A stretch of DNA of 63,323 nucleotides, counting the filler, from Perkinsus chesapeaki ATCC PRA-425 (Eukaryota; Protista; Perkinsozoa), in the NCBI GenBank assembly GCA_013115145.1. It is 6 parts of 6 records of this genome, joined end to end, with 100 filler letters (N's around TTAATTAATTAA, not from the genome) between each part and the next. Parts side by side here need not be neighbours in the genome. Positions count along the whole stretch, not along the records: positions 1 to 11,986 come from JAAPAO010000832.1; 5 more parts are not named here. One strand, 5' to 3'. The notes under the pieces were generated by a model. It ran no database searches. It saw only the letters and a list, made by a program, of their open reading frames with translations, and had not been told where the DNA came from. Position 1 is the first letter of the stretch; each line of letters starts with the position of its first letter. Made by a program: the position numbers and the translations under genes. Below, piece after piece: positions 1 through 12,086 of this stretch.

Positions 1-209
1 GTGCCCAGGTAGCTTGTAGAGCTGTGGCGTGGACAACAATGTGTGGCCACCTTACTCCTTACACTTCTGCTGCTAACCCAGCCTACTTTGCTTTAGGCTA
101 CGTAACAAGTAGGCAGTGGTGGATTGTCGGTGCCATTATCATGGCAATGAATCTCGTTAGTCTTGTAACTATCGGTTTCGGCTACTGGTGGCTCCTCGGG
201 TATTGGTGA
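1..209 (+). CDS. 3' end of a DASS-family (CitT/DiT-like, Na:sulfate symporter family) dicarboxylate transporter, truncated by the window edge
   Basis: C-terminus GHLTPYTSAANPAYFALGYVTSRQWW...GFGYWWLLGYW is clearly paralogous to the C-terminus of the complete transporter at 925-2508. Confidence 0.85.
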   Translation, partial: AQVACRAVAWTTMCGHLTPYTSAANPAYFALGYVTSRQWWIVGAIIMAMNLVSLVTIGFGYWWLLGYW

Positions 210-924
210 AGGCTTCATCCACAACACATTCAAGCATGATTATCATCAGTCTTTTCGCCGTACAGGCTTTTTAGACGTTCCTTCTATCACAGTAGATAGG
301 GAATAATCCGTTCAATTTACTGAATATTGTTATCCGGTATAAGCTTGGCTTACGCTGTGGAAATTCCGACAGACGTACATGACTGTCGATTTGAAACGGT
401 TTATATATTACCCCCTTACCAAGCAAAAGTTGTTGTGTTGTTCAAGATAAGTAAGGTTTACCAGTAACGACTGGAGGCGGTGGTGGAGAGAGCTCTGCAC
501 TGAAACGGGGTGCGCATGTCTGGGCAATTATATGTGGCATGTTAAGATCCATTCGAAGGGCGATTTTAAAATTAATGGAAGTGCGAAGATATCTTTATGC
601 GCCGTTGTGTTACATGGAGGGAGTGGTAGATGTGGCCGTTCTGGTGCGTGGGAGAGCTACGTGCCGTGAAGCGTGTAAAAGTTGATCTAGTAGATCAATA
701 GGCAATACTGAAATGAGAGGCTAGTTAGGATGCCTTGAGGGGCAATAAGATCTGTGAGGAATCCTCATTGGTCCTCCGCACCCAGGACGATCCTCGGGAT
801 CGTTGCTGAAGTTGTGGTATGGAGCATTTAGCTGCTTGAAGGATCTAGCGATGGTGTATCTTATTGTTGAGGGTTGATTGCTAGAGGATGAGTTCATGGT
901 AAGCTTTAGTTTTATTTTATTGGT

Positions 925-2508
925 ATGCCCGGCGAAGTTGTGAAAGACGTCCAACCGAAGGAGCTACCGCTCACTGAGAACGAGGCCGTCGAGTCCTCAC
1001 CCTCCAGCAAGTACGCTGGCTCCGAGAAGCTCCATCAGAGTGTTTTCAAATCTAAATGGCAGGAGCTCCGCAACTGGCATAAAAACGTCTGGCCAGGTGC
1101 GAACATTCCTGTTGTTGCTGGTATATTTGCGGTTGGTCTCATCTTGTGGTGGATCGTCCCCCCAGGACTTGGCTCCAACACATGGGATCTCTTCATCGTC
1201 TTCTTATGCACTATTATCGCTGCCGTCTTGGAGCCCTTGCCATTGGCCGGTGTGTGTATAGTGGCAATTGGTGTATGTTCGGTAACCGGTGTCCTTACTA
1301 CGAGCGAGATGCTTTCGGGTTTCTCCAACTCCTCAGTGTGGCTTATTATATTTGCCTACTTCATCTCAGCTGGCTTCGTTACCACTGGTTTAGGCAAACG
1401 TATGTGCTTCATCGTCCTCAAGTACGTCGGTTCCACCACCATCGGCCTCGGTTATGGCATTTGTATCTGTGAGCTCGTTTTGGCTCTCGCTATACCGTCC
1501 TGTACTGCAAGAGGCGCAGGTGTTATGTTGCCTATCCTGCACCCACTGGCAAGGGATGCTTTCCAGTCTGATCCAGAGATGGGCACCCAGAATAGGATTG
1601 GTACTTATATTGTGATGGTCGAGATCACAGCTAATGCTTTGGCGGCCCCTTGTTGGCTTACTGGTGGTGCTTGGAATGCAATGATGGTTACCTTCATGGA
1701 GGACGTTGGAGTTCATCTGTCTTGGGTATCTTTCGCTGCATCTCAAGCTCCGGTCGGTATCATTGTACTGGCTTTGGTTCCGATTGAAATGTATTTCCTA
1801 TTAAGACCAGAAATTAAGAGGACTCCCGAAGCTCGTAAGATGGCCGAGGATCAGCTTAAGGAGATGGGGAGGATGAAGCCGTTGGAGATCACCATGCTGT
1901 GTGTCTTCCTTGGTGTTGTTTTACTGTGGATCCTATCTTCTACAGTCAGCAGTATATTCCCGTTCTCCAGTACAGAAGTGGCTGCTATGGGCGTGTCCGT
2001 TATGTTACTGTGTGGCGTCATCACTATTAAGGACAATGTCATTTCCAATAAGGGAGCCTTCAACCTTCTATTGTGGTTCTCTGTATTGGTTATGTTGGCG
2101 TCTGAGCTCAAGACCAAGGGCTTCTGGATCTGGTTGGCCGATCTCATCGATTTGAGCTCTCTTCCACCTTACGCTTGCCTATTGGTTGTATGTCTCATCT
2201 TCTACGTTACTCAGTACGTCTTTGCCTCCATCACAGCTCACGTTTCCGCCCTTTACCCCGCCTTCATCCAGATAGCGCTCTCGGCTGGTGTGAATCCTGA
2301 GGTTGCCTGTCGTGCATTGGCAACTTGCACTTGGTCAGGAAACCTCACTCCCTACACATCAGCTCCTAACCCAGCCTTCTTCGGTCTTGGTTATGTTACC
2401 AACAAACAGTGGTGGGGCTGTGGCTTCGTGGTGCTATGTATTAACTTCATAGAGCTCATCAGTATAGGTTTTGGTTACTGGTGGCTCCTTGGTTTCTGGG
2501 GCAACTAA
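925..2508 (+). CDS. DASS-family 2-oxoglutarate/malate (dicarboxylate) translocator, 527 aa, intronless
   Basis: Many hydrophobic segments and family motifs GFSNSSVWLIIFAYFIS, GLGKR, LALAIPSCTARGAGVMLPI, FASITAHVSALYPAF and LTPYTS. Confidence 0.9.
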   Translation: MPGEVVKDVQPKELPLTENEAVESSPSSKYAGSEKLHQSVFKSKWQELRNWHKNVWPGANIPVVAGIFAVGLILWWIVPPGLGSNTWDLFIVFLCTIIAAVLEPLPLAGVCIVAIGVCSVTGVLTTSEMLSGFSNSSVWLIIFAYFISAGFVTTGLGKRMCFIVLKYVGSTTIGLGYGICICELVLALAIPSCTARGAGVMLPILHPLARDAFQSDPEMGTQNRIGTYIVMVEITANALAAPCWLTGGAWNAMMVTFMEDVGVHLSWVSFAASQAPVGIIVLALVPIEMYFLLRPEIKRTPEARKMAEDQLKEMGRMKPLEITMLCVFLGVVLLWILSSTVSSIFPFSSTEVAAMGVSVMLLCGVITIKDNVISNKGAFNLLLWFSVLVMLASELKTKGFWIWLADLIDLSSLPPYACLLVVCLIFYVTQYVFASITAHVSALYPAFIQIALSAGVNPEVACRALATCTWSGNLTPYTSAPNPAFFGLGYVTNKQWWGCGFVVLCINFIELISIGFGYWWLLGFWGN

Positions 2509-3178
2509 GGGATGCTTGTTGTGGCTACCATATAGTCATTACTTTAGTGAAGATGAGGGTGAGATGTCAGCAGCACAGGCCTCAGGACCTTTTTAAATCC
2601 TATGGTCGACCAGACCAGCTGCTGCTGCAGCTTGTATAAGAATACCCCAGTTTGTTATATGCCCTAGTAAAAAGTATAAAGTGCGTAATAGTATAAAGTA
2701 GCTCTAATGTATAGTCGAATGTAGCAGCAGCACCGCTCTCTGCATTCTTGTTTATCGCTGTCACCAACACTAAGGACAAGGCAGCTCATGTTTTCTATTA
2801 TTTTTTATCACAAAAGTGTGGAGTGCGCTACCAGTGCAGCAATTATTATCTCATTTCTGTCGCCTGTCGTTCCTCTTGGACCGGACAGTGGCGGCGAGGT
2901 GCTTTATTTTGCTGCCAATTTAATCTGGTATCTTAGCTCCATCACTGCTTCTACTATCTGTTTGGTGATAACTGTGGCAACCACACACAATGTTGTGTCT
3001 GCTACTATGGGATCCTTCCGGGGATCAGCATCACTTTAAGCTGTCATTAAGGCGAGTCTTCTCGTCTATTATGATAGCAATATATATAGTTCTATCACTC
3101 TATAGTTACTGATCATCGATAATAACAGTTGTGTTGTTACAAGTGTACGGGCAATTGATGGGTAGCAATGATTTTCTA

Positions 3179-6100
3179 ATGGCAACCGGAAGCTCTTCAT
3201 CTTCGGAAGTCTTACTGCCAGAGACGGCAGGAAGCTTGAGATGGGTTGTCTTGACTTTGGCATGTCTGGCGTTATGTGGCCAATACTACGCCTACGATAT
3301 ACCATCGGCCATCAATGACCAGATGAGAGCTAGCTTCATGGGTGGGTGGAGGAGAGGCGGGAGACAGACGAGCGATAAATAAGAGGGAGATTTATCACTG
3401 CAAAGTTTAATGGACGCAATCCTTATGGAGTTTGAAGAAGGAGTATTGCAGCACTCACTGGAATCACTAGAACTGCGGAAAATAGGAAATCTGTGGGACA
3501 TCGGGAACTATTCAGAGGGGTGCGTTAAAAGTGCCCGTCACAGTGGTTTTACTGATAGAGAAATATATGCTCCTTCAAGGAAGGTGTTTTTGTTTCTTCT
3601 TTGAAGATGGCAACCTGGTAGAAAATATGTTCTTCAATTTCGTTTCCTGGGAGGCGTCGGATGTTCCTTTACAGTTCGTTGTCATATATAAGCCTTTGGC
3701 CCCTCACCTCTCGACGAAGCCAATTGACCCTCGCCTTTTCTATGCGATTCTATACGGGGATTATGAATAGCTTGTTGGGTGATTCCTGGTGGTAGATAAG
3801 GGTATGAGCGAGGAGCAGTACACTTACTACTTTAATCTGCTTTATACAGTATATGCTTTGCCTAATATAATAACACCTATGGTGCTTGGAGTATCAATGG
3901 AATGGATAGGGATAAGGTAGTATATGATAAGGGAGAGATACAAATACAACTGTTTGCCATACAGTCGTACAGAGGACCAAGACAAACCGATGCAGATGAC
4001 AGCCATTTTTCAAAGAAGGTTGTCGTCTTTATTGGCTTCGCGAGAAAATAATTGATAGCACTTGGCGGGCACACATAGCAATATGTATATTATATACCAA
4101 CGCTTGTCTTATAGGACTTTGTACTTAGTCGTTTCACGGAAAATGACGTAGTGTTCTCGGTACAGAGAAATAACAGAAAATGGGTTCTTAAAGGAAGAAC
4201 GTGTTCTTCTTGGAAGTATTTGCTGCTGCTTCTCTGTTTGTACCGGTTTAGACTTCTTCTGAGCCATCATAATCCGTCTCGGATGTGGTTGGTAATTTGT
4301 GCCATGGAGGTACTTCTCGATGGAAGAGCGTACCGTAAAATGCGGTTGTTTGCTATACTAGGAGGGAAAATAATGATTTAATAGGGAAACTGTCTGTAGT
4401 GAAAGATCTCGTTGGAAATGGGGGAGGTGTAGGGCTTTATATATAACATAGGCCCCCGAACTGGAGGCGAGTTATAGTCGTACAGGCTGTACATGTACAT
4501 CCTTAGCACGCTTAAGGAGTCGTCTCCATGGTTGTGCCATAATAGGTATTCGATCTTCTATGCTTTCCATTTCAGGTTGATGCTGATAATTCTGGCAGTA
4601 CTACTTTTTATCGGTCAACTTCTCCAGTGTATGGGCTCCTATTACTTTTCAATGAACCTAATGCTACTTGGCAGAGTCGTGTACGGCTTGGGAGGAGAGA
4701 GCATGAATGTAGCATGCTCCATCTGATCTCCTAGTGTTCATCTTTGGTGTTGTTAGGTGGCGCAGACTACCCTATTGGCTAGCTGGTTCAGGGGGCACGA
4801 GATCGCCTTCGCTTTGGGATTGAATCTTTCAATTGCTCGATTCGGTTCGGTTCTGAATGACGTGTTGTCTCCTCCGATAGAGCTTAGATATGGAGTGAGC
4901 AGATTCCTCTGGTGCTGCTACTTGCATGTGTGTTTAGGTTACTGGTGCATTTATTGGAGGGCTTATTGGTGTGACGAGTAGGTGGGGGTATAGGAGTGTA
5001 CTTGGGCCTTGCTGGATTATCATCAGTCTGGGGTTTCCGGACAGTTCGTTTCCTACAACGTTTGCTATTTTCCCCATTAAAGGATCGGCGCGTTTCGTAT
5101 TGTGGTGTGAGTGTGCCAGTAGACCGATTACGGATCTTTGGGTCGACTACTGCAGGAGGAGTGTATTATGATAGCTCAATAAGTAGTTTGCGTAGGGCAA
5201 AATATTGCCAATTCACATCCATTGTATAGCCTTATCTACATTATAGTACCTGCGACATTTTCGTTACTACCCACGGAACACTTCGAAAGGATTATCAACA
5301 AATAGGTATTAGGTGCTATTAGGTGCTGTTATCCTTACATTGGCATTGTGTCACTTTGCTAAATATACAGATGCAGCAGACGAGAGAGAGGGAGAGGCTA
5401 ATGAGAGTATTATGGAAAGGTGAGAGGCATGGGGACATATTGAACATAAAGGAGAGAGAATACAGATTATGAAACCCGACAATTCTATTAGATCCGTTTT
5501 CATGGTTGTAAGTATCGGTTAACCAATGAGATGAAATGTAACACCTATTGGGAGCCGACTTGAATATAGCAGTGCGCGTTTATCTCTATACTTGCTCGGA
5601 ACGCTCGTGGCATTTTTGATAAATATCTTTCACTTACAAGATCACCTGAATCCTTGGATGGCAGACTTCCATGTCACCCCCTTTTGCTTTTCAGCCTTCG
5701 ATCGTCGTTATCATTACCTGTCGAGTTCTGGTTGGTATGCCTAAGTTGTTTGTTGGCTTATGCTGTTATATTACCATTTAATAACATAGCCGCAGCCTTC
5801 TTTGTTGAGATATGGTATCCTAGTATGGACAAGGATAGGGCTCATATCAGAGTTGGCAAGATTATGGGGGTAAGTGGGCGTGGACTGGGCATTTCATGTT
5901 GCTTATTCCTGAAAGGCTCCTTATCTGCTTTTATTGTTTTTCATTATCACACCGAGATTGTACTGCTATCTATCTTGATAGATGTGTGAGCTCAAGGCAA
6001 TAGCTTTATACTGTCGGACACTGTATATATACGTACCTCTATTAAGTATACTGTATATTTCTTTGTACTATATGGCATGACTATTGCGATGCGTAATTGC

Positions 6101-7548
6101 TGTAAGTCAGTCTATCACTGTGCCGTTGTCCAGCATGTACCATCCGGGGAACGCTATGGGGTAGCGGCATGTACCTTCGCTATTCCATTCGGAACTGTAG
6201 CACGTGAATGATCATGTCTTTATAAAAATGTTCTACTGTTATTAATCTGCACTTCAGTGGTTACCGTTGCGGTGTAATAGCTACTTATCGTTTGATGCTC
6301 CCGCTATTCAGATACTATTTGGAGTCTCGGCATTGGGTTCGCCGATAGCCGGGATTTGCATAGATAAGTTGGGTTATCGTATCTACTTCCTGCTCGCTAG
6401 TTTCACACTAGCGGCGTTGGCGCACATTATGTTGCCTTTGATTGATCCAGTAGGCCGCTTAGTATGGTCCTCCTAGTCGAGGTCGAATTTTCAGGTGGCA
6501 TCGATGACGGTATTGGGGCTGTCCTATACCATCTTCGCCTCGGCAGTGTGGCCCTTGGTAGCAGCCACGGTGCCTCCACGGAAAACAGGTGAGCTAGCGT
6601 TTGACCATTTATTTTGCCCAATTGTCGCAGCCGGGAATTGAACCTGGGTCACATTTGTGATGGTGGTTCAATATTTTTTTTGATGCCTAGGTGCGGCATA
6701 TGGTGTAACCACAGCAGCCCAGAATCTTGGGCTGGCTGTAACTCCGATCATAGTGGCACATATACGTAAGTAAAGACCTTACTGGCTCATTAGCTATAGT
6801 ACAGAAAAAGGAATTGGTGAACATATTGTAGTTAACACTACTAAGTGATATTTCGATGCTATCTTGGCATGTACCTTATCGTAGCATATACCCCCTACTG
6901 TACCCATTGTACGGGATGGTAGGATATCAGTATAGACTACAGTCTAGAAATGCTGATGGCAGTATTAGCCCTTTATTTGATCATGATGGTAGCATCAATA
7001 TTCTATTATATATTATATATCAGTCTGTGATAGAGTATGAGGGTTATAAGCAATGTAAATCAATGTAGATCCTTTTATCAAGCCTCGCAGGGTAAATTTC
7101 GAGTGCATGCCGATCACAGCCTTTTTCAACTTAACTTTCAAACCAACTTCTAGAGGCTCAAACCAGGACGTAATGGTATTGAATTAAGTTAGTACCGTTA
7201 ATAGCATTGGAGGTAAAATATAGTAGTAAGATTGTTCGTACAGGTTCATCTTCCGGTTCTTACCTCGCAGTAGAACGCTTCTTTTTCTTCCTGGGCACAC
7301 TGTGTGTTGGAGTCGGTCTTCTATTGTGGCTGAGAGATGCTCGTTCTGGAGGCCTCCTCAACCGTCCAGTGCGCGATCCAGGATCGAGTGAAAATGCGTG
7401 TGTGCCTAGTAAGTCTCAGTTGTACAGAGGTTGGTGCAATTATATCTTGTTAGCAGAGCGAAGGGGTGCGAGAGGCTCTGATGAAGAGCTTACGGAAGCT
7501 GATAGGCTATTGTTAGTGCAGAACGCTGCGGCGACCACCACCAGCTGA
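3179..7548 (+). CDS. Multi-exon MFS transporter, MFSD1-like
   Basis: Exons read in order: LACLALCGQYYAYDIPSAIND, YFNLLYTVYALPNII, LLGRVVYGLGGESMN, VAQTTLLASWFRGHEIAFALGLNLSIARFGSVLN, FWLVCLSCLLAYAVILPFNNIA, SPIAGICIDKLG, FASAVWPLV, GAAYGVTTAAQNLGLAVTP. GT..AG introns lie between them; exact boundaries are not all resolved. Confidence 0.85.
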
Positions 7549-8314
7549 TGCTGGTGCGGCTTTTACAGTACAATATGTCATCATGCATTCTTGTGCCCTG
7601 TTGAGTTAGTTTGTCACAATTATCGGGGGCTCGGTAATGAAGTCGTTGCCCGTCATTTTGGTCTTAGTGGAAGAGGACGGGGTCGTTCTCTAGGGAAATG
7701 TGATCTTTATTGAAGCCTTTCTGCATTGAAACTCGCGTGGCTTGGGTTGGAATTATTTCTGAAATCTACCTACACTTTGTAGACGGTTGCAGGTTGAGCT
7801 GGGGGCATCTGGGAAAACTCAGGAAAACGGGGAAGGCTGGAGAGACTGGAGGACTCTATCAGGTGAGAATTCGGATATGATCGAAAAGTATCTTGATTAT
7901 GAAAAATTTGATGATAGAAACACTCAACGCGTAGATGTATTGGAGGCCGCCAATAAGAATTAGAGGCTCTTAGATGTAGTCTCGTAACTAGCAATAGTTC
8001 TGATTGACCAGAACTAGACTGGAGTCTATTGCTGAACTACAATACCGCGTTAAGTTCTGATCTCACTTGTCGTTTTCTAAAATTTTCATTATTCTTCCTT
8101 GAGGTGGACCATGACAATACTAACCTGTACTAGACAAACTGGCTACCTATTGGGTTGCCTAGTTCGAGAACTATGTTGCTCTCAACCTGCGTCTATTTCG
8201 TTCTGGTCTTACATTTCGATAAAATTTAGTTCAAATATAGTAATTTTGTGAGTACATATAATAAGTAGTGTAATATGGTAAGTTATATAATAATTTAGTT
8301 CAAGTATTTTGTCC

Positions 8315-8500
8315 ATGACCTCATCCTTGGCTGGTAGTGGTCGCGAGAGTGACCTAGAGTCTGTAGTGTCTGAGGTTACAGATGAAAGTTTTGATGAAGA
8401 AATCAATGAGGTTCATTCCATGAATTTGGACCTGAAACTACCTGAAAATTCACGGGTAGTGTCCAGAGCGTTGGTAAGGAGGTTCAGTCCTCCTGAAGAG
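8315..8500 (+). CDS. Acidic/Ser-rich putative first exon, possibly the N-terminus of the downstream SNF2 gene
   Basis: ATG at 8315, 62 open codons ending at a GTAAGC donor at 8501. Linkage to the helicase exon at 9978 is not shown, and the splice phases do not match directly. Confidence 0.4.
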
Positions 8501-9977
8501 GTAAGCTACTCATGTTGATGGGGGAGGTGACCGGGTCGAAATGTAGAGGAGTGGTAGCGTAGTTGCGAGGTGGGAAGGTTAAGTGTGCTGTAGGCGTTGG
8601 AGTGTAGCTAGCGTTGTTAGTCTAGGGAACTCCTAGACAACGGGCTCATACTATTAGTATTCGTAATACTCGTACATACCTCATAAAGATACTTATTTGG
8701 TATTTGTAGTAGTTTCCCAGTTGGTATCCCAACTACTATACTAATAGGTTGGTAGCTGGGGGCTCTGATTAGACCTGTGATGATTGAGGATACGCTGCCG
8801 GCTTGGGGGTATCAGCGAGACTGGTCTGCTCGTGACTTAAACAATGCGGGGGGGGGTCAAATTTCAGCATATTATGCGGCGCAGTACTCATTGCGCATGC
8901 GCACGCCGATTTGGAATCGACGGAAGTCATTTTTACATTCGCCACGAACACAGAAGGTGGAATCAACGATATATTTGGTAAAATCTTCTTATCACTAACT
9001 ACACAGGACCATCGGTTCTGGGAAATGTATTGACTAGTATCTGTACGTACAAACTTCGTTCAAAGCACAGAAAAATCGAACCAGAAGGCGCACTAGGCGC
9101 CGCGCACAGGATGAGGCAAGTTACGAGGGAAGCAGCGCTGCTCGCGCGATCTTCCAACATAACTATAGAGAGCGACACTGCGACTTCACCGAGCGTCGCC
9201 CCAACACAATGTCATGATTCATGGGCCATGGAGCAGTGGGAATCTGCACGCATGCGCACTGTGTGCACGCCACACTGACAGGATACATGTAATTCGTCGT
9301 ATGTTGAGCTCCAGCATACTAGAACAGATTAAGTAGAGCATGAGAGAAATTGAAAGAAATATATCATTGGATCAAAATGCTACTAGCGATATATTACAGT
9401 CAACAGCGGAGCTTACCGAGCCAAGTTCCGCCTGCACAACGTATACCCCCCGGCTGCCCGGGCTTGAGCATTCAAACATGAGAGAATAATTTATAAAGAC
9501 ACTTCTGGATACATCACCATGGCCATCATCATATTATATGATTCGTACAGCAGGAAAGTCTCAAAAGCACTTGCCTCAGGGAGGGAGTATTTCTTAGCTT
9601 GAGAATCCCAAGGCAGTCGGGAAGCGACTTCAAGACAAACCTGCGTGGAACATCACAACGTAGGCCGTAGTGAGGGTTCATGGTATATATCAATCAGAAT
9701 ATCAACTGGGGCGGTCCACCGCCCTGATAGCATTTTAAAGGCACCGTACAGAAAAGAGGAATTTGGTTGATAACGCCGTTACCAAATAGCATGGTTTACC
9801 AGAGTCTATAATAGCAACCATCAATATACCAATATTGCAAGCAAGCGCCAAAGGACGCCTTACGCGGCATCGAATCGCCAAAAGCAGCACTTAGTAGGGT
9901 TCGTAGTATATCGCAATCGCTTGCTAATGCATAGGACGTGTATCAATGAAACCTTTCGATTGCTAACCTGCTGCTCA

Positions 9978-11587
9978 GCTCACCACACCACTCCTACCCT
10001 ATCAACATGAAGGTATGGCCTGGATGTGTAACCAGGAGGAGGAGGCCGATTGCCGAGGAGGCGTGTTGGCCGACGAGATGGGGATGGGCAAAACCCTCCA
10101 GATGTTGGCCCTCATCTTGAAGCGCCGGGGCCAGGTCCGAGGGCCCACTTTGGTGGTCTGCCCGGTGACAGCCATGAGTGTGTGGGCAGATGAAATAAGG
10201 AGGAGTGTGAGCCCATCTGCGGGGCTGAGGGTGCACATCCACCATGGGAATCGGAAGGCGGCAAAGGCCGAGCTGGAGGGGTATGATGTGGTTATCACAT
10301 CGTATGATACTCTGGAGAGGCAGTACCGGTCGCTGACGGCGCAGTTTGAGATGGTGGTATGTGAGTATTGCGGCGAAAGCTACAAGTTGTCGGCGTTGCC
10401 GGCACACAAGAAGCGCTGCGTTAAGGACTTTCAGGAAAAGCGTATTAAGAATTTACCGGTGAAGTCTAAGGAGGAGGTGAAGCGGGAGCTGGATGGTGGT
10501 GGCTATTGCACCCCGAAAAGGGAAAGTATGGTGAAGTCTGAAGTGGAGGGCGGAAGTAGCAGCTCGCGGAGGCTGAGTTACGGCTGCAAATCTGAGGGGT
10601 CTACGCCGTCTGTGAGGAAGTCGATTCAGCGAAGCACACCTCGGTTGGGGAAACGCATATTAAGTAGGTTGGCGAGTGGGTATATGACGTAGATATCATG
10701 ACAGTAGTGTGTATAGTGTAGATATCATGACAGTAGTGTGTATAGTGTAGGTATCATGACAGTAGTGTGTATAGTGTAGGTATTATGACAGTAGTGTATA
10801 GTGTAGGTATTATGACAGTAGTAGTGTATAGTGTAGGTATTATGACAGTAGTGTATAGTGTAGGTATCATGACAGTAGTAGTGTATAGTTTAGGTATCAT
10901 GACAGTAGTGTGTATAGTGTAGGTATTATGACAGTAGTGTATAGTGTAGGTATCATGACAGTAGTAGTGTATAGTGTAGGTATCATGACAGTAGTGGGTA
11001 TGGTGTAGGTATCATGACAGTAGTAGTGTATAGTGTAGGTATCATGACAGTAGTGTATAGTGTAGGTATCATGACAGTAGTAGTGTATAGTGTAGGTATC
11101 ATGACAGTAGTGTATAGTTTAGGTATCATGACAGTAGTAGTGTATAGTTTAGGAATCATGACAGTAGTGTGTATGGTGTAGGTATCACCACAGTAGTGTA
11201 TAGTGTAGGTATCATGACAGTAGTGTGTATAGTGTTCTGTGGAGACTTGTCTCAGGTGTACATATAGTAGAGTCTGTGCGGTATAGAAAGTGCCGGGATA
11301 TCGGTTAGTTGACTGTATATACAGTACTATATCACGTTTAGGTCAGCAGCGTAAAGCGTTAAAGGAAGGTAACGGCCCTCATAGTGTTAAGTGGGCTCGT
11401 GTTATTTTGGATGAGGCTCACAGGATCAAAGGCCGTACCAACAGCACGGCCAAGTCGATGTCCGTAGATATTGTTGTTGTTGTTGTCATGTCGTAGTGTG
11501 TAGTTACCACCTTACAACTACTTTTCGATGGGCGGTTAGTGGAACGCCGTTCCAGAACAAAGTAGGTGATTTATACGCCCTAGTCAG
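9978..11587 (+). CDS. SNF2-family helicase, Rad16/Rad5-like, N-terminal ATPase lobe; 3' part lost at the contig end
   Basis: LLPYQHEGMAWM, GGVLADEMGMGKT (motif I), TLVVCP (Ia), VVITSY, a CEYC..H..C insertion, WARVILDEAHRIK (motif II, 11342-11460) and RWAVSGTPFQNKVGDLYALVR (motif III, about 11504-11587). Confidence 0.9.
10689..11234. repeat. Intronic minisatellite, about 19 units of 27-30 bp, consensus GTAGGTATCATGACAGTAGT(GT/AGT/-)GTATAGT
   Basis: Tandem units read directly; lies between helicase exons. Confidence 0.95.
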
Positions 11588-11724
11588 GTGAGTAGGTGAG
11601 CTGAGAGGCTATAGAGGCACGGCATGCTTGGTAGTTGGGCTTAGCTGTTGCCGTAAGGGGAGGTACCTAAATTTTGTTAATACGCACTTCCGTCATATCT
11701 CCTACAGACATGTCCTCTATCTTG

Positions 11725-11986
11725 TATAGGCTTACCCCTATCTTGTACAGTATAGGCTTACCCCTATCTTGTACAGTATAGGCTTACCCCTATCTTGTAC
11801 AGTATAGGCTTACCCCTATCTTGTACAGTATAGGCTTACCCCTATCTTGTACAGTATAGGCTTACCCCTATCTTGTNNNNNNNNNNNNNNNNNNNNNNNN
11901 NNNNNNNNNNNNNNNNNNNNNNNNNNNNNNNNNNNNNNNNNNNNNNNNNNNNNNNNNNNNNNNNNNNNNNNNNNNTACAGTATAGG
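11725..11986. repeat. 26-bp minisatellite TATAGGCTTACCCCTATCTTGTACAG, at least 6 copies, running into an N gap and the contig end
   Basis: Five perfect units plus a partial one at 11725-11876; fragment TACAGTATAGG after the gap at 11976-11986. Confidence 0.95.
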
Positions 11987-12086
11987 NNNNNNNNNNNNNN
12001 NNNNNNNNNNNNNNNNNNNNNNNNNNNNNNTTAATTAATTAANNNNNNNNNNNNNNNNNNNNNNNNNNNNNNNNNNNNNNNNNNNN
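11987..12086. other. Artificial contig linker N44-TTAATTAATTAA-N44
   Basis: Same 100-bp structure occurs five times; the core has stops in all six frames. Confidence 0.98.

Noticed and set aside
6623-6650. tRNA T-arm-like GGTTCAATTCC on the minus strand inside an MFS intron
   Set aside because: Imperfect stem, and no D-arm or acceptor partner; at most a fragment.
10689-11234. CRISPR-like appearance of tandem arrays (also 54565-54699 and 57299-57580)
   Set aside because: The first two have no unique spacers; the third has short repeats with about 110-bp gaps; no cas genes, and the DNA is eukaryotic.
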